Source: a bacterium
GTDB lineage: Bacteria; Patescibacteriota; Patescibacteriia; JACQRZ01
Assembly: GCA_030688365.1 (NCBI GenBank)
Contig: JAUYIE010000005.1
Span: forward strand, 5,764-69,763
DNA length: 64,000 nt
Direction: 5' to 3'
Shown one piece after another: positions 52,997 to 62,095 of this stretch. Positions within the stretch are counted from its first letter, which is position 1, and the number at the start of each line of letters is the position of its first letter. The notes beneath the pieces were generated by a model. The model searched no databases, was not told where the DNA came from, and worked only from the letters and a program-made list of their open reading frames with translations. A program made the position numbers and the translations under genes.

Positions 52997-53104
52997 TTTG
53001 AGCCGACTCCGCAAGGGAAATTCATGTTTCAAGTGGCGTTTGGGCAGAGTAAATATTTTTCAGATAGTCTTGTTGAAAATGTAAAACGGAGCTCGGTCTT
53101 GTAA
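52997..53104 (+). pseudogene. Relic of a second large serine recombinase (internal fragment)
   Basis: Translates FEPTPQGKFMFQVAFGQSKYFSDSLVENVKRSSVL*, clearly homologous to FDATPQGKFMLNIAFGQSKYYVDNLSENVKRGL of 32759..34324; no intact ORF around it. Confidence 0.5.
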
Positions 53105-53402
53105 AAAGAAAGTGGGAACATGAGGCAATTTCTTCAAGAGGAGACGTTGTTCAAAATCTTAAAGTTAATATTAAAGAGACAGGTACTCTATTCTTCTATC
53201 AAATACCAAATATCAATATTTCATTCTATCCCTATCAACAGGGTTACCAAAACAGCAAAATGGACAAAGACAAAACCCTTTCAATACATTGGGGTGAACT
53301 CTGGGATTTTACAAGGGAAACAAAGGCGGATTTTGAATGCAGGGGCGGGGCGTACGCGCCAGATGGCGCGATGGATTTTGAAAAAAATAATCTTGTAACT
53401 CT

Positions 53403-53477
53403 TGGTAGTCCCACGGGGAATCGAACCCCGATTTGGTCCGTGAGAGGGACCCGTCCTAACCGTTAGACGATGGGACC
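53403..53477 (-). tRNA. tRNA-Glu (anticodon CTC), CCA encoded
   Basis: Minus strand GGTCCCA-TC-GTCT-AACGGTTA-GGAC-G-GGTCC-CTCTCAC-GGACC-AAAT-CGGGG-TTCGATT-CCCCG-TGGGACT-A-CCA; G1-U72 wobble. Confidence 0.8.
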
Positions 53478-53482
53478 ATGTG

Positions 53483-54775
53483 TTATGACCACTCTGCGCT
53501 TTGTCGTACGAGAAGCTCACCTGCACGAAGTGGCTCGGCCATGATTTCCTTTGTGATGCGTTCCATGCGCATACCTTGCGACCCTTTTATCAAGACTACA
53601 TCACCTTTACGCATAAGATTTTGTACATTTTTTTGCGCATCAATTGACGTATCAAACCACGAGATAGCGCTTTTGTCAACGCCTGCCTTTTCTGCTGATT
53701 GGGCAATCATACGTCCTCCCACACCGACAGTCACCAGCAAATCGATTCCCAGAGATGCCACCATGCGTCCCACTTCTTTATGCGCCCCGTCAGTCAAAGA
53801 ACCAAGCTCAAGCATGTCGCCTAGCACCGCAATCTTTCGTGCAGTGGCAACCAAGCGAAACCCCGCCAATGTTTCCAATGCGACATTCATCGCCAACGGT
53901 GATGCGTTGTACGTATCATCTATCACCAATGTACGCTTGATTCCCGGTAGTACATTCATCCTTCCTTGCGGACAGGAATACTCTCGCAATGCGAGTGCCG
54001 ATTCCGTCAAGGAGAGATCATACACGATACCGACACATACAGCGGTAGCGACTGCATAGACATGTTGCATGCCAATCATATCAGTAAGCTCTACATCGGC
54101 CTCTTGATCCTTATATAACAACTTCACCACCATGCCGATCAACTGTCGATCGTCAGGATCAAACTCTGTATGTTGATGCACATGCGCGATGCGTACGTCC
54201 GCACGGTTTGCGGTTCCAAATGTCATAACGCGCGCTTTTGTTTTTTCAACTAACGACATGACACGCGCGTCGTCGGCGTTTAAAATAGCCCACGATTGCA
54301 ATTGATGCATATTGCGAATCAATGTTCCTTTTTCCTCCACCACTGCTTCCAGTGATCCAAATTTTTCCAGATGAGCCGGCGCTATGGTCGTGATCACACT
54401 GACTTTTGGTGTCGCGATGTCCATCAGATACGCGATATCGCCGGGCTTATCAGCACCCATTTCTAAAATCAGCATCCATGGATAATTTTTTGCATAATGA
54501 AACAGTAATCCCAGTCCTTTCCACAAAAGTAATAACCACCCACCGATAGAACGCCCCGCGCTTTGTGAACCCAATACCACCAGTGGTAATCCTATTTCAT
54601 TGTTATAGTTCTTCACCGACGCGCGCACCAAATAGTTTGTTTTCAACACAGTAAAAATTGCTTCTTTCGCCAACGTTTTACCAACACTGCCGGTAATACC
54701 AATGATCTCGGGCTTATATTTTCGTAATACGGCCCGAGCAAGGTTATAGAGCAATTGTTGGATAATAGTTTTCAT
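53483..54775 (-). CDS. murF: Mur ligase family protein (MurF-like, UDP-MurNAc-tripeptide--D-Ala-D-Ala ligase)
   Basis: ITGSVGKT P-loop, Mur ligase middle and C-terminal domains; position after ftsI in a dcw-type cluster. Confidence 0.7.
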   Translation of the reverse strand: MKTIIQQLLYNLARAVLRKYKPEIIGITGSVGKTLAKEAIFTVLKTNYLVRASVKNYNNEIGLPLVVLGSQSAGRSIGGWLLLLWKGLGLLFHYAKNYPWMLILEMGADKPGDIAYLMDIATPKVSVITTIAPAHLEKFGSLEAVVEEKGTLIRNMHQLQSWAILNADDARVMSLVEKTKARVMTFGTANRADVRIAHVHQHTEFDPDDRQLIGMVVKLLYKDQEADVELTDMIGMQHVYAVATAVCVGIVYDLSLTESALALREYSCPQGRMNVLPGIKRTLVIDDTYNASPLAMNVALETLAGFRLVATARKIAVLGDMLELGSLTDGAHKEVGRMVASLGIDLLVTVGVGGRMIAQSAEKAGVDKSAISWFDTSIDAQKNVQNLMRKGDVVLIKGSQGMRMERITKEIMAEPLRAGELLVRQSAEWS

Positions 54776-54778
54776 CGG

Positions 54779-56581
54779 TTATTTGATCTTATGAGAAGCC
54801 GCGCTCGTGCGATCATAGGGTACTTCATAATATGTAAGTAAAAATTTTGCCAAATCGCCAAACAATGGAGCGGCCGAACTTTCCGCCCACGTCACATCTC
54901 GTGGACGATCTATTTTTACTAACATCGCAAATCGCGGATTGTTGACTGGCGCATATCCGGCAAATGAACCAATAGTGACGCCTGACTGATATCCTTGCCC
55001 ATCTTCACGTGGGACTTCCGCTGTCCCTGTCTTTCCCGCCACATAATAATTTTTTACTCCTGCTTGTGTACCATGTCCTTTTTCCACGACATTTACCAAC
55101 ATACCTCCCACCAATGCCGCGGTACGAGACGACACAACTCTTCCACTACATACACCGTTATCTGCTTTTTCTTTACACATTTCCTTTGGTTGAGTTTTGA
55201 CTTTTGTTCCGTCTGGTTTTATCACCTCATCAACGATATATGGTTGCATCATAACGCCTCCATTTGCAAGCATTGCAAATGCGTTTGTGATTTGCAACGG
55301 TGTCATAGTGATACCTTGACCAAATGATGCAGTGGCCAAGTAAATTTCCTGCTTTTCGTTCAAAGTAGATATATTTCCACCCACTTCCGTATCCAACTCA
55401 ATACCACTGGGTACGCCAAATCCAAAAGATTTAAGATACTTTTTAAAATCATCAAGTCCGACAGATTTTGCAACAAATGCTGCACCTGTATTGAGTGACT
55501 TATCAAGCACATCAGTCATTGTTTGAATCCCGTTTGCTTTCCTATCAGAGTTACGAATCGTATATTTTCCGAACACCAACTCACCAGTATCATTGTAGGT
55601 AGTATCGGGACTGACTTTATCTGTATCAATACCGATAGCCATGGTAATAGGTTTAAAAATAGAACCCGGCTCGTAGGGGGTAAAGATGGCAGGGTTGGTG
55701 AGTGTAGTTAACGGGACTTTACCGTATTCACTTGGTTTAAAATCCGGAGTGCTACACATGGCAATAATAGCACCAGTCTTTGGATCCATAATCACAACGG
55801 TTCCCCCGTCCGCACCATGCTGTGTCACCCACGTATGAAGTCGCGCGCATACAGTAGTTTGCACTGTCCGGTCTATCGTCAACACCAAACTACTCCCGTC
55901 TACTGCCTCGGTTACATGTTTTTTACCAATGGGAATCAATGCCCCCACGACATCAGACTCAAACTGTAATGATCCTTCTCGTCCTTTTAAAATGTCGTTG
56001 TAATATCCCTCCAACCCATATTTGCCGGTCGCAGTATCTCCTTTACTTACATAACCAAACAGTTGCCCGCCCAAATCAGGTTCCGGATAAAAACGATATG
56101 TCTCGTTAGTATAATATAATCCCGTCAAACCCAATGCTTTGACTTGATCTGTTTGTTCATCAGTAACTTTCCTTTTTATAATCACGTATGGGTCATCTGA
56201 CCGAGAGAGTTTCTCTTTCAAATCATCAACATCCAACTGTAAAATGGATGCTAGAGTGTTTGCCATACCTTCTGGATCCGAAATAATACGCGGATTTGCG
56301 CTGATGAGATTATATTGCCGATTGGTCACCGCGGGAAATAATTTTTCCCCTGCTACCTCCATAAGATACGGTTGATCGGAGTTTTCCGCTCCTCGTTCTC
56401 TTAAATAAATATCGCCTCTATTAGGATACAACTTTTGAAAAAAGATATGTTCATTATCTGCCAACGCTTTGTACTCGGTATAGCTCAACACCTGCAAATT
56501 AAAAAGTCGCAAACACAGAAGTGATGCGATCACGAGAACAAAGCCTCTAAATAAGGTCATTCTATCAAAAGAAAACTTCAT
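54779..56581 (-). CDS. ftsI: Peptidoglycan D,D-transpeptidase (class B PBP, FtsI/PBP2-like)
   Basis: N-terminal TM; SxxK (SIFK), SxN (SLN), KTG (GKTGTAEV). Confidence 0.85.
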   Translation of the reverse strand: MKFSFDRMTLFRGFVLVIASLLCLRLFNLQVLSYTEYKALADNEHIFFQKLYPNRGDIYLRERGAENSDQPYLMEVAGEKLFPAVTNRQYNLISANPRIISDPEGMANTLASILQLDVDDLKEKLSRSDDPYVIIKRKVTDEQTDQVKALGLTGLYYTNETYRFYPEPDLGGQLFGYVSKGDTATGKYGLEGYYNDILKGREGSLQFESDVVGALIPIGKKHVTEAVDGSSLVLTIDRTVQTTVCARLHTWVTQHGADGGTVVIMDPKTGAIIAMCSTPDFKPSEYGKVPLTTLTNPAIFTPYEPGSIFKPITMAIGIDTDKVSPDTTYNDTGELVFGKYTIRNSDRKANGIQTMTDVLDKSLNTGAAFVAKSVGLDDFKKYLKSFGFGVPSGIELDTEVGGNISTLNEKQEIYLATASFGQGITMTPLQITNAFAMLANGGVMMQPYIVDEVIKPDGTKVKTQPKEMCKEKADNGVCSGRVVSSRTAALVGGMLVNVVEKGHGTQAGVKNYYVAGKTGTAEVPREDGQGYQSGVTIGSFAGYAPVNNPRFAMLVKIDRPRDVTWAESSAAPLFGDLAKFLLTYYEVPYDRTSAASHKIK

Positions 56582-56589
56582 AAATTGGC

Positions 56590-56952
56590 TTAACGAGCAG
56601 AAGCGACGGGTTGATCAGTTGATATAAAATCAAGTGTTGATGTAGAAACCAATTTCATACTATCCATACGCTGACGTAAGGTTGCCATAGATTGCTTTTC
56701 AATGGCGCTTAACTGTAGTTTTTCATTATTTTGCGTCAAAGTATCCACGGTGCGTTGCAATTCTTTTATGCGATATCCTTTCGTTGATAAACTGTTTATC
56801 TGCACGAGATACACTATGCCAAGTACAGCGCTTGTCAACAGAAACATTGCATTAAGACGCTTAAGTTTTTCCCGCGAAAGAGCTGCTTTGTGCAGACTCA
56901 CAATCGTGGTGGTGATTTGTCGAGCTTTTATTTTATAAAACGAATGTGACAT
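56590..56952 (-). CDS. FtsL-like cell division protein
   Basis: 120 aa bitopic membrane protein with coiled coil, located between rsmH and ftsI. Confidence 0.5.
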   Translation of the reverse strand: MSHSFYKIKARQITTTIVSLHKAALSREKLKRLNAMFLLTSAVLGIVYLVQINSLSTKGYRIKELQRTVDTLTQNNEKLQLSAIEKQSMATLRQRMDSMKLVSTSTLDFISTDQPVASAR

Positions 56953-56991
56953 TGCATGGGTATTTAGTATTTGAATTTTCGCTACGTCCAG

Positions 56992-57870
56992 CTATTTCCA
57001 CTCTACTGCGCGAAGTTTTGCGCTCCGTGAGGGTGGATTGGCGAGGATCTCTTCTCGCGTTGGCGGTACCACCTTTTTTGTTAAAACAGTCGCAAACCCG
57101 TCCTTCCCCCACTGCCTGAACACATTTTTTACAATGCGATCTTCCAGTGAATGAAACGTGATGACGACGATCCGGCTTCCGGTGTGTAACAGCGTCGCAA
57201 GACTTTCCAACGAAGACTGCAATACACCCAGCTCATCATTGACGACGATACGCAACGCCTGAAACGTCTGCGTCGCCGGATGAAACTTCCCTCGTCTGGG
57301 CAATATCGTTTCAATGACATTGACCAGATCAAACGTCGTCTCAAACCTCTTTTTGCGCCGTGCTTGCACGATAGCTTTCGCGATACGTCGCGATGCTTGG
57401 TCTTGCCCATATTGAAATATCGCATCAGCTATGTCTTTTTCTTTCCAGCTGTTGACGATATCCATGGCCATCAGATCTTGTTTCGGATCAAAACGCATAT
57501 CAAGTGGCTCATTCTCTTGGAACGAAAACCCTCGACCGCTTTGACGAAGCAGGTCCATTGAAAGACCCAGATCGTAGAGAACGCCGTCTACCTGACCAAA
57601 CCCATGCAAGGTAGCCAAGGAAACAACATCTCTAAAATTGCCCTGTACAAGCACTGCTCGCTTCCCATATTTCTTGAGTCGCGTCTGTGCCTGCACTATC
57701 GCATCTGGACTGGCATCAATCCCAAGGACTCTTCCTTTAGGACCGTTGCATGTCAAAATGCTTTCCGTATGCCCCGCTCCACCGAGCGTGCAATCTATAT
57801 ACGTTCCATTTGAAAGAACTCGCAAGTACTCAAGCACTTCTTGTGGCATGACCGACCGATGAGTCGTCAT
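56992..57870 (-). CDS. rsmH: 16S rRNA (cytosine1402-N4)-methyltransferase RsmH (MraW)
   Basis: YIDCTLGGAGH SAM motif, DLGLS, RsmH family. Confidence 0.9.
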   Translation of the reverse strand: MTTHRSVMPQEVLEYLRVLSNGTYIDCTLGGAGHTESILTCNGPKGRVLGIDASPDAIVQAQTRLKKYGKRAVLVQGNFRDVVSLATLHGFGQVDGVLYDLGLSMDLLRQSGRGFSFQENEPLDMRFDPKQDLMAMDIVNSWKEKDIADAIFQYGQDQASRRIAKAIVQARRKKRFETTFDLVNVIETILPRRGKFHPATQTFQALRIVVNDELGVLQSSLESLATLLHTGSRIVVITFHSLEDRIVKNVFRQWGKDGFATVLTKKVVPPTREEILANPPSRSAKLRAVEWK

Positions 57871-58298
57871 ACTCCCAGCTGTCCCAACTGTTCAGCAATC
57901 TCCCCGCTCTGCTTTTCCGTCTTGGACTTATATGTTTGCCACACTTCCTCAGACCATACTTCGATGCGGTTATAGAGTCCCGCAACGACGACTTTCTTCC
58001 CGAGATGTGCGTATGCTCGGAGATAGTCTGGCAAAATAATTCGACCTTGTTTATCCAACGACACATCCATCGCACCCGCAAGCATGAGCCGGGCAAATGC
58101 ACGTGTATTGGCTTGAGTGATAGAAAGATTGGACAGCTTCTCTGCCAACTTTTCCCATTCTTTCACGGTATACAGAACAAGACAGTCATCCAAACCCTTG
58201 GTAACCACCGCACCTTTGGTAAGTTCCTTACGGTACTTGACTGGTACGGCCATCCGCCCCTTTTCATCCACCGAGTGGTTGTATTGCCCTATAAACAT
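57867..58298 (-). CDS. mraZ: Transcriptional regulator MraZ
   Basis: MFIGQYNHSVDEKGRMAVP and second DxxGR repeat (LDKQGRIILP). Confidence 0.9.
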   Translation of the reverse strand: MFIGQYNHSVDEKGRMAVPVKYRKELTKGAVVTKGLDDCLVLYTVKEWEKLAEKLSNLSITQANTRAFARLMLAGAMDVSLDKQGRIILPDYLRAYAHLGKKVVVAGLYNRIEVWSEEVWQTYKSKTEKQSGEIAEQLGQLGV

Positions 58299-58464
58299 AA
58301 TTAGGAGAGAAACTGGCTTAATACAACGGTTACGTAGCTAAGCACTACGTCCTTTGAGTGGACTAAAGAAAAGGCGAACTGCAACATAGAAACGCCGACC
58401 TTTATGCATTATTGAGGTTTCTCGTGGTTTTTATGGTGAACTATCCCCTGATACACCGGACTTA

Positions 58465-58490
58465 TCCCCACTTTTTCCCACTTTTCACCT
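58465..58490 (-). promoter_or_regulatory. Candidate MraZ operator: direct GTGGG repeats with 10 bp periodicity upstream of mraZ
   Basis: Minus strand GGTGAaaaGTGGGaaaaaGTGGGGat about 170 nt upstream of the mraZ start. Confidence 0.4.
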
Positions 58491-58617
58491 CATGTTTGGT
58501 ATTATACACCACTTCAAGAAGTTTTTCTAGGTATTTATGCACAGGGGCACATAATTATTTTTTGGAAAAGAAAAAAAGCATTCCGGAGAAAGCTTCTAAA
58601 TTCATATACTTCATTGA

Positions 58618-59136
58618 TTATAAAAAACCTACCTGTTTTTCATTTACTACCACAAACTTGTCGTATTGGTTATAAAGTACATTGTATTTAGTGCATATCA
58701 GGCCCATTCTCCAATCAGACTTAACTATGCACACGCACACCAAAGGCGGTTTATGCAATGTTTGTTCCAGACAAATAAGCATCTTACCTTGGCATTTACC
58801 AAAATGCATCTTCAAAAACAAGAGAAACTCACTAATTGTTGCCGGACGAATCTTGGTCTGATCTATCATTTTCAAAACCGAACCAGGCAATAACTCGAAT
58901 CCTGTATGTGCCCATGACATTTCCAATGCACTCCATTCTATTACTCTCTGCCGAGAAAATATCTTGGACGTAATCCACTTTGGAATGTCCATACCCATCA
59001 TTCTCAAGTCGTTCAGTAATAAATCTACTGTTACCACCCTTTCAATAAGGATGATATCATACCATTTTTTAATTTTTACCATCTGTGTGTCTAGACTCAC
59101 CTGCCACCTCACTTCTCTCACAAAATACCTTATCAA
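58618..59136 (-). CDS. Hypothetical protein
   Basis: 172 aa, last gene of a co-directional accessory block. Confidence 0.35.
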   Translation of the reverse strand: MIRYFVREVRWQVSLDTQMVKIKKWYDIILIERVVTVDLLLNDLRMMGMDIPKWITSKIFSRQRVIEWSALEMSWAHTGFELLPGSVLKMIDQTKIRPATISEFLLFLKMHFGKCQGKMLICLEQTLHKPPLVCVCIVKSDWRMGLICTKYNVLYNQYDKFVVVNEKQVGFL

Positions 59137-59183
59137 GAAGAATACGAGATTGCACGAGCCAGGTCAAGTAGCTGTCTATAAAT

Positions 59184-59660
59184 TCAGTAATTCATATTTG
59201 ATAAATCTTCAAGCGCTTTGAGTGCATAAAATTGCACCTTATCAGTTATACCATCCCTATTGCTCTCCAATTCTTCTTTTGTAAACCATCGGCATTCTTC
59301 AGTAATCTCTTCAGCCGACAACTGTAATACATTAGTTTGTGTAGTAGCAAAATATATAAATGCAATATGTTCATGTATGTCATTGATATGATGTCTTTCT
59401 AAATATTGTGGTGGAATGAGCGATTGATCATAATCACCAAAGGCGGGTTGCCTTCCTTCCTCTGTGTGTAGTATCACATCTAACCCAACCTCTTCCTTGA
59501 CTTCTCGCACTGCTGCTTCATTGGGGTCTTCGTGTAATTCAATGTGCCCGCCAACGCTGAGCCACATCTTATATTTGTCATGTTTTCTCAAAAGTACGGT
59601 ATTTTTATACACAATGTATGTCTCAACAACAAAATCTATTTTATCATGGATATGAGGCAT
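59184..59660 (-). CDS. NUDIX hydrolase
   Basis: Nudix box GGHIELHEDPNEAAVREVKEEVGL. Confidence 0.8.
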   Translation of the reverse strand: MPHIHDKIDFVVETYIVYKNTVLLRKHDKYKMWLSVGGHIELHEDPNEAAVREVKEEVGLDVILHTEEGRQPAFGDYDQSLIPPQYLERHHINDIHEHIAFIYFATTQTNVLQLSAEEITEECRWFTKEELESNRDGITDKVQFYALKALEDLSNMNY

Positions 59661-59666
59661 ATATCT

Positions 59667-59897
59667 TCAAATTCCTATATATCGAAATCGTGGCACGTCT
59701 TGTCCATCAATCACAACATTTTCCAAAAACATCGCTTTTGGGCGCACCCAAAGAGTATTTGCCTCCATACCTTTCACAGGATCGGGGTGATTATAGACAA
59801 CCATTTCTTCAAGTGTCTCACTGTGCAACGCGAGGCCAGTTACCTCAACAATAGTTCCTTTATAGTGCTGGTACTTTCCGAGTTTTATATCTTGCAT
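59667..59897 (-). CDS. DUF1653-family small protein
   Basis: GKYQHYKG...EEMVVY...WVRP pattern; assignment from memory. Confidence 0.45.
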   Translation of the reverse strand: MQDIKLGKYQHYKGTIVEVTGLALHSETLEEMVVYNHPDPVKGMEANTLWVRPKAMFLENVVIDGQDVPRFRYIGI

Positions 59898-59910
59898 AAA
59901 AATTTTTTGA

Positions 59911-60357
59911 CTAGGAATTCATACTATCTTTTGATATCTCCTTCAATACCCATTGTTTCACATTTTGAGCAGCTTTATAGGCGTCCTTTGCATCGCCCCA
60001 ATGAAATTCTGGAAAATCGCCGGGATAACGAGTTTGGACATAGTACCCGTTTAAAAAAGTAAGATCTTCTTTGACCTCCTTCATAGAAGGTAAAAATACC
60101 TCTATTGTGGTAGCAATAGCAACAAGATCATGAATTTTTGGAAAAGATCGATCAGCAAAGACGAGTAATCCCTTTAAATACTTTTCTGCGATCTGTTGAG
60201 ATAAAAAACACACCGTGCTTGGCGACCCATGCTGTTCTTTGAGAATAAAACTGGCAGAAAGGTCATCCTCGTCAGCCTTTGCAAACCACTTTTGATAGAG
60301 ATTATTTTGCTTTTTTGGCATAGAGTATTTTGCCTTTTTTAAGGATATCACCAACAA
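59911..60357 (-). CDS. HEPN-domain protein (HepT-like toxin)
   Basis: R-x4-6-H motif in TRYPGDFPEFH, helical; overlaps the MNT gene; start possibly at 60321. Confidence 0.65.
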   Translation of the reverse strand: MLVISLKKAKYSMPKKQNNLYQKWFAKADEDDLSASFILKEQHGSPSTVCFLSQQIAEKYLKGLLVFADRSFPKIHDLVAIATTIEVFLPSMKEVKEDLTFLNGYYVQTRYPGDFPEFHWGDAKDAYKAAQNVKQWVLKEISKDSMNS

Positions 60358-60634
60358 AAAAATCGCCCATATCCATACGTTTTTTTACCTGGACAGGAGT
60401 CATGACAATAATATCAAGGGCTACTTTCCGTCCCCACAAAGCCCCGTCAATCTCTCGCGCAACCTCACGTGTCGATCTCGTTGTTTTTTTGATAACTACG
60501 AGATCAATATCACTGTCTTTATGTGGTTTCCCCCACGCGTGGGAGCCAAAAAGTATTATTTTTTCAGGGTTAAACTCACGAGAGATAATCGCTGTAAATT
60601 CCTCAATTGCTTTTTTGGGAGACGTTGAATACAT
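60302..60634 (-). CDS. Minimal nucleotidyltransferase (MntA-like antitoxin)
   Basis: GS-x9-13-DxD motif LFGSHAWGKPHKDSDIDLVV. Confidence 0.7.
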   Translation of the reverse strand: MYSTSPKKAIEEFTAIISREFNPEKIILFGSHAWGKPHKDSDIDLVVIKKTTRSTREVAREIDGALWGRKVALDIIVMTPVQVKKRMDMGDFFVGDILKKGKILYAKKAK

Positions 60635-60688
60635 ATAGGTCTATAGTATAACAAAAACCACTTTTCTACAACCCATATTGCTCTACTG

Positions 60689-61741
60689 TTACATCGTCAT
60701 CTTTTTTATAACCTCTTCCAACCTGCGCGCATTGCAATGTCCCAACATCCCTAAATATGACTGCCTTGTACTCTCTAATCTTTCTTTGGTGATACGTCCA
60801 AGCTGAAATTCATGGATTCTTTCAATAAGCTTGTTCATCATACGCTTGCGGGTAAGTGGCCGTACGATGGTATGATCAGGAAGTGATATATATCCTAAGA
60901 AATCAATTCCTTGCGACCATTTCCGGATGCTGACTTTTTTAGGATGTAGTTCGAGACACAATCGTTGTGATAAAAATTCCTGCAACCTCATAATCAACTC
61001 CCCAAGCCACACTTTATCGTGACTGATTATCACAAAATCATCGCAATATCTGATATAATAGGTTGCCTTTAATACATGCTTCACAAACTGATCCAACTCA
61101 TTGAGATATATATTCGCAAATAGCTGACTCGTTACATTTCCGAGAGGAATCCCTTTCCCTTTTGACACTTCAAAGCCGACAATAATTTGCTCCAATAGCT
61201 TCATCACCCGATCAGTACCCAACCTATCCCATAATAACTCCAACAGCACATTATGATCGACTGAATCAAAAAATCTCCGCACATCGCATTTGAGCACATA
61301 CACCGGCCGTGTTATATTGTTACTTTCCTTCCTCAGGAAAACACGTAATCTCTCTATTGCGCGATGCGTCCCCTTTCCTAGACGGCATGAATAGGAATCG
61401 AAAATAAACGAGCGATCAAATAGTTGGTATAATATTCGGAAGATAGCATGATGAACTAATCGATCTCTCACCTGCGCTTTGTGGATATGTCGTATTTTTG
61501 GGTCAGTGATGTAAAATGGGGTATAGGCTCCATGGCGATATCGCCCAATGAGGAGTTCTCTATGTAGTGGAAATAGATGATCCTCAAGATGCAACGCAAA
61601 TTCATGAATATCTCCCTTACCCCATTTGCCACGCGAAAATTCTTGCCACGAAATCACGAGATTTTCAAGACTAATTATTACATCAAAAAAACTTGTATGG
61701 TAACCCCCCCCCACGACTTCGGATCGGTTCCTGTTGTCCAT
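60689..61741 (-). CDS. Reverse transcriptase, diversity-generating retroelement type
   Basis: RT motifs DSYSCRLGKGTH, LKCDVRRFFDSVDH, GIPLGNVTSQLFANIYLNELD ([I/L]GxxxSQ, DGR hallmark), YIRYCDDFVII; 350 aa, no maturase or zinc finger. Confidence 0.75.
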   Translation of the reverse strand: MDNRNRSEVVGGGYHTSFFDVIISLENLVISWQEFSRGKWGKGDIHEFALHLEDHLFPLHRELLIGRYRHGAYTPFYITDPKIRHIHKAQVRDRLVHHAIFRILYQLFDRSFIFDSYSCRLGKGTHRAIERLRVFLRKESNNITRPVYVLKCDVRRFFDSVDHNVLLELLWDRLGTDRVMKLLEQIIVGFEVSKGKGIPLGNVTSQLFANIYLNELDQFVKHVLKATYYIRYCDDFVIISHDKVWLGELIMRLQEFLSQRLCLELHPKKVSIRKWSQGIDFLGYISLPDHTIVRPLTRKRMMNKLIERIHEFQLGRITKERLESTRQSYLGMLGHCNARRLEEVIKKMTM

Positions 61742-62056
61742 AAAGCATCAGAGTGGTACAAGACCATTTATAAATTCTCCGCAAAAATCTCCAAGAAAAA
61801 TCGCTTTGGTATCTACTTGCGAATAGAACAGCACTCGCTCGAGCTCATTGACCTGCTTCTTGTCGCTACTCTTGAAAGTAAGGAAAGTAAATCTCTCCCT
61901 CTTCGTCGCGCCCGTCTCAAGATAGAATCCCTCAAACACCTCTTGCGGATATGTTATGAGCTGGGGATCATCGACATCAAATACTATATAAATTTTGAAT
62001 ATCGTCTCCAGGAAATCTCAAAAATGACCAATCGTTGGCTACAGTCTTTGAAATAG
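61697..62056 (+). CDS. Avd-like four-helix-bundle protein (23S rRNA IVS protein family), candidate DGR accessory variability determinant
   Basis: ...VHKASEWYKTIYKFSAKISKKNRFGIYLRIEQHSLELIDLLLVATLES...LKHLLRICYELGIIDIKYY; only in-frame ATG (61697) overlaps the RT start by 45 nt on the opposite strand. Confidence 0.5.
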   Translation: MVTPPHDFGSVPVVHKASEWYKTIYKFSAKISKKNRFGIYLRIEQHSLELIDLLLVATLESKESKSLPLRRARLKIESLKHLLRICYELGIIDIKYYINFEYRLQEISKMTNRWLQSLK

Positions 62057-62060
62057 CACA

Positions 62061-62084
62061 CAGAGCCCGCTTGCGCGGACTCTG
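62061..62084 (-). other. GC-rich hairpin with GNRA-type loop immediately 3' of the VR
   Basis: Minus strand CAGAGTCCGC-GCAA-GCGGGCTCTG (9 bp plus one mismatch). Confidence 0.45.
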
Positions 62085-62095
62085 TATTGGGCATT

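Noticed and set aside
53120-53398. Plus-strand 92 aa ORF
   Set aside because: Falls in the degraded recombinase/repeat relic next to tRNA-Glu; low-complexity, no support.
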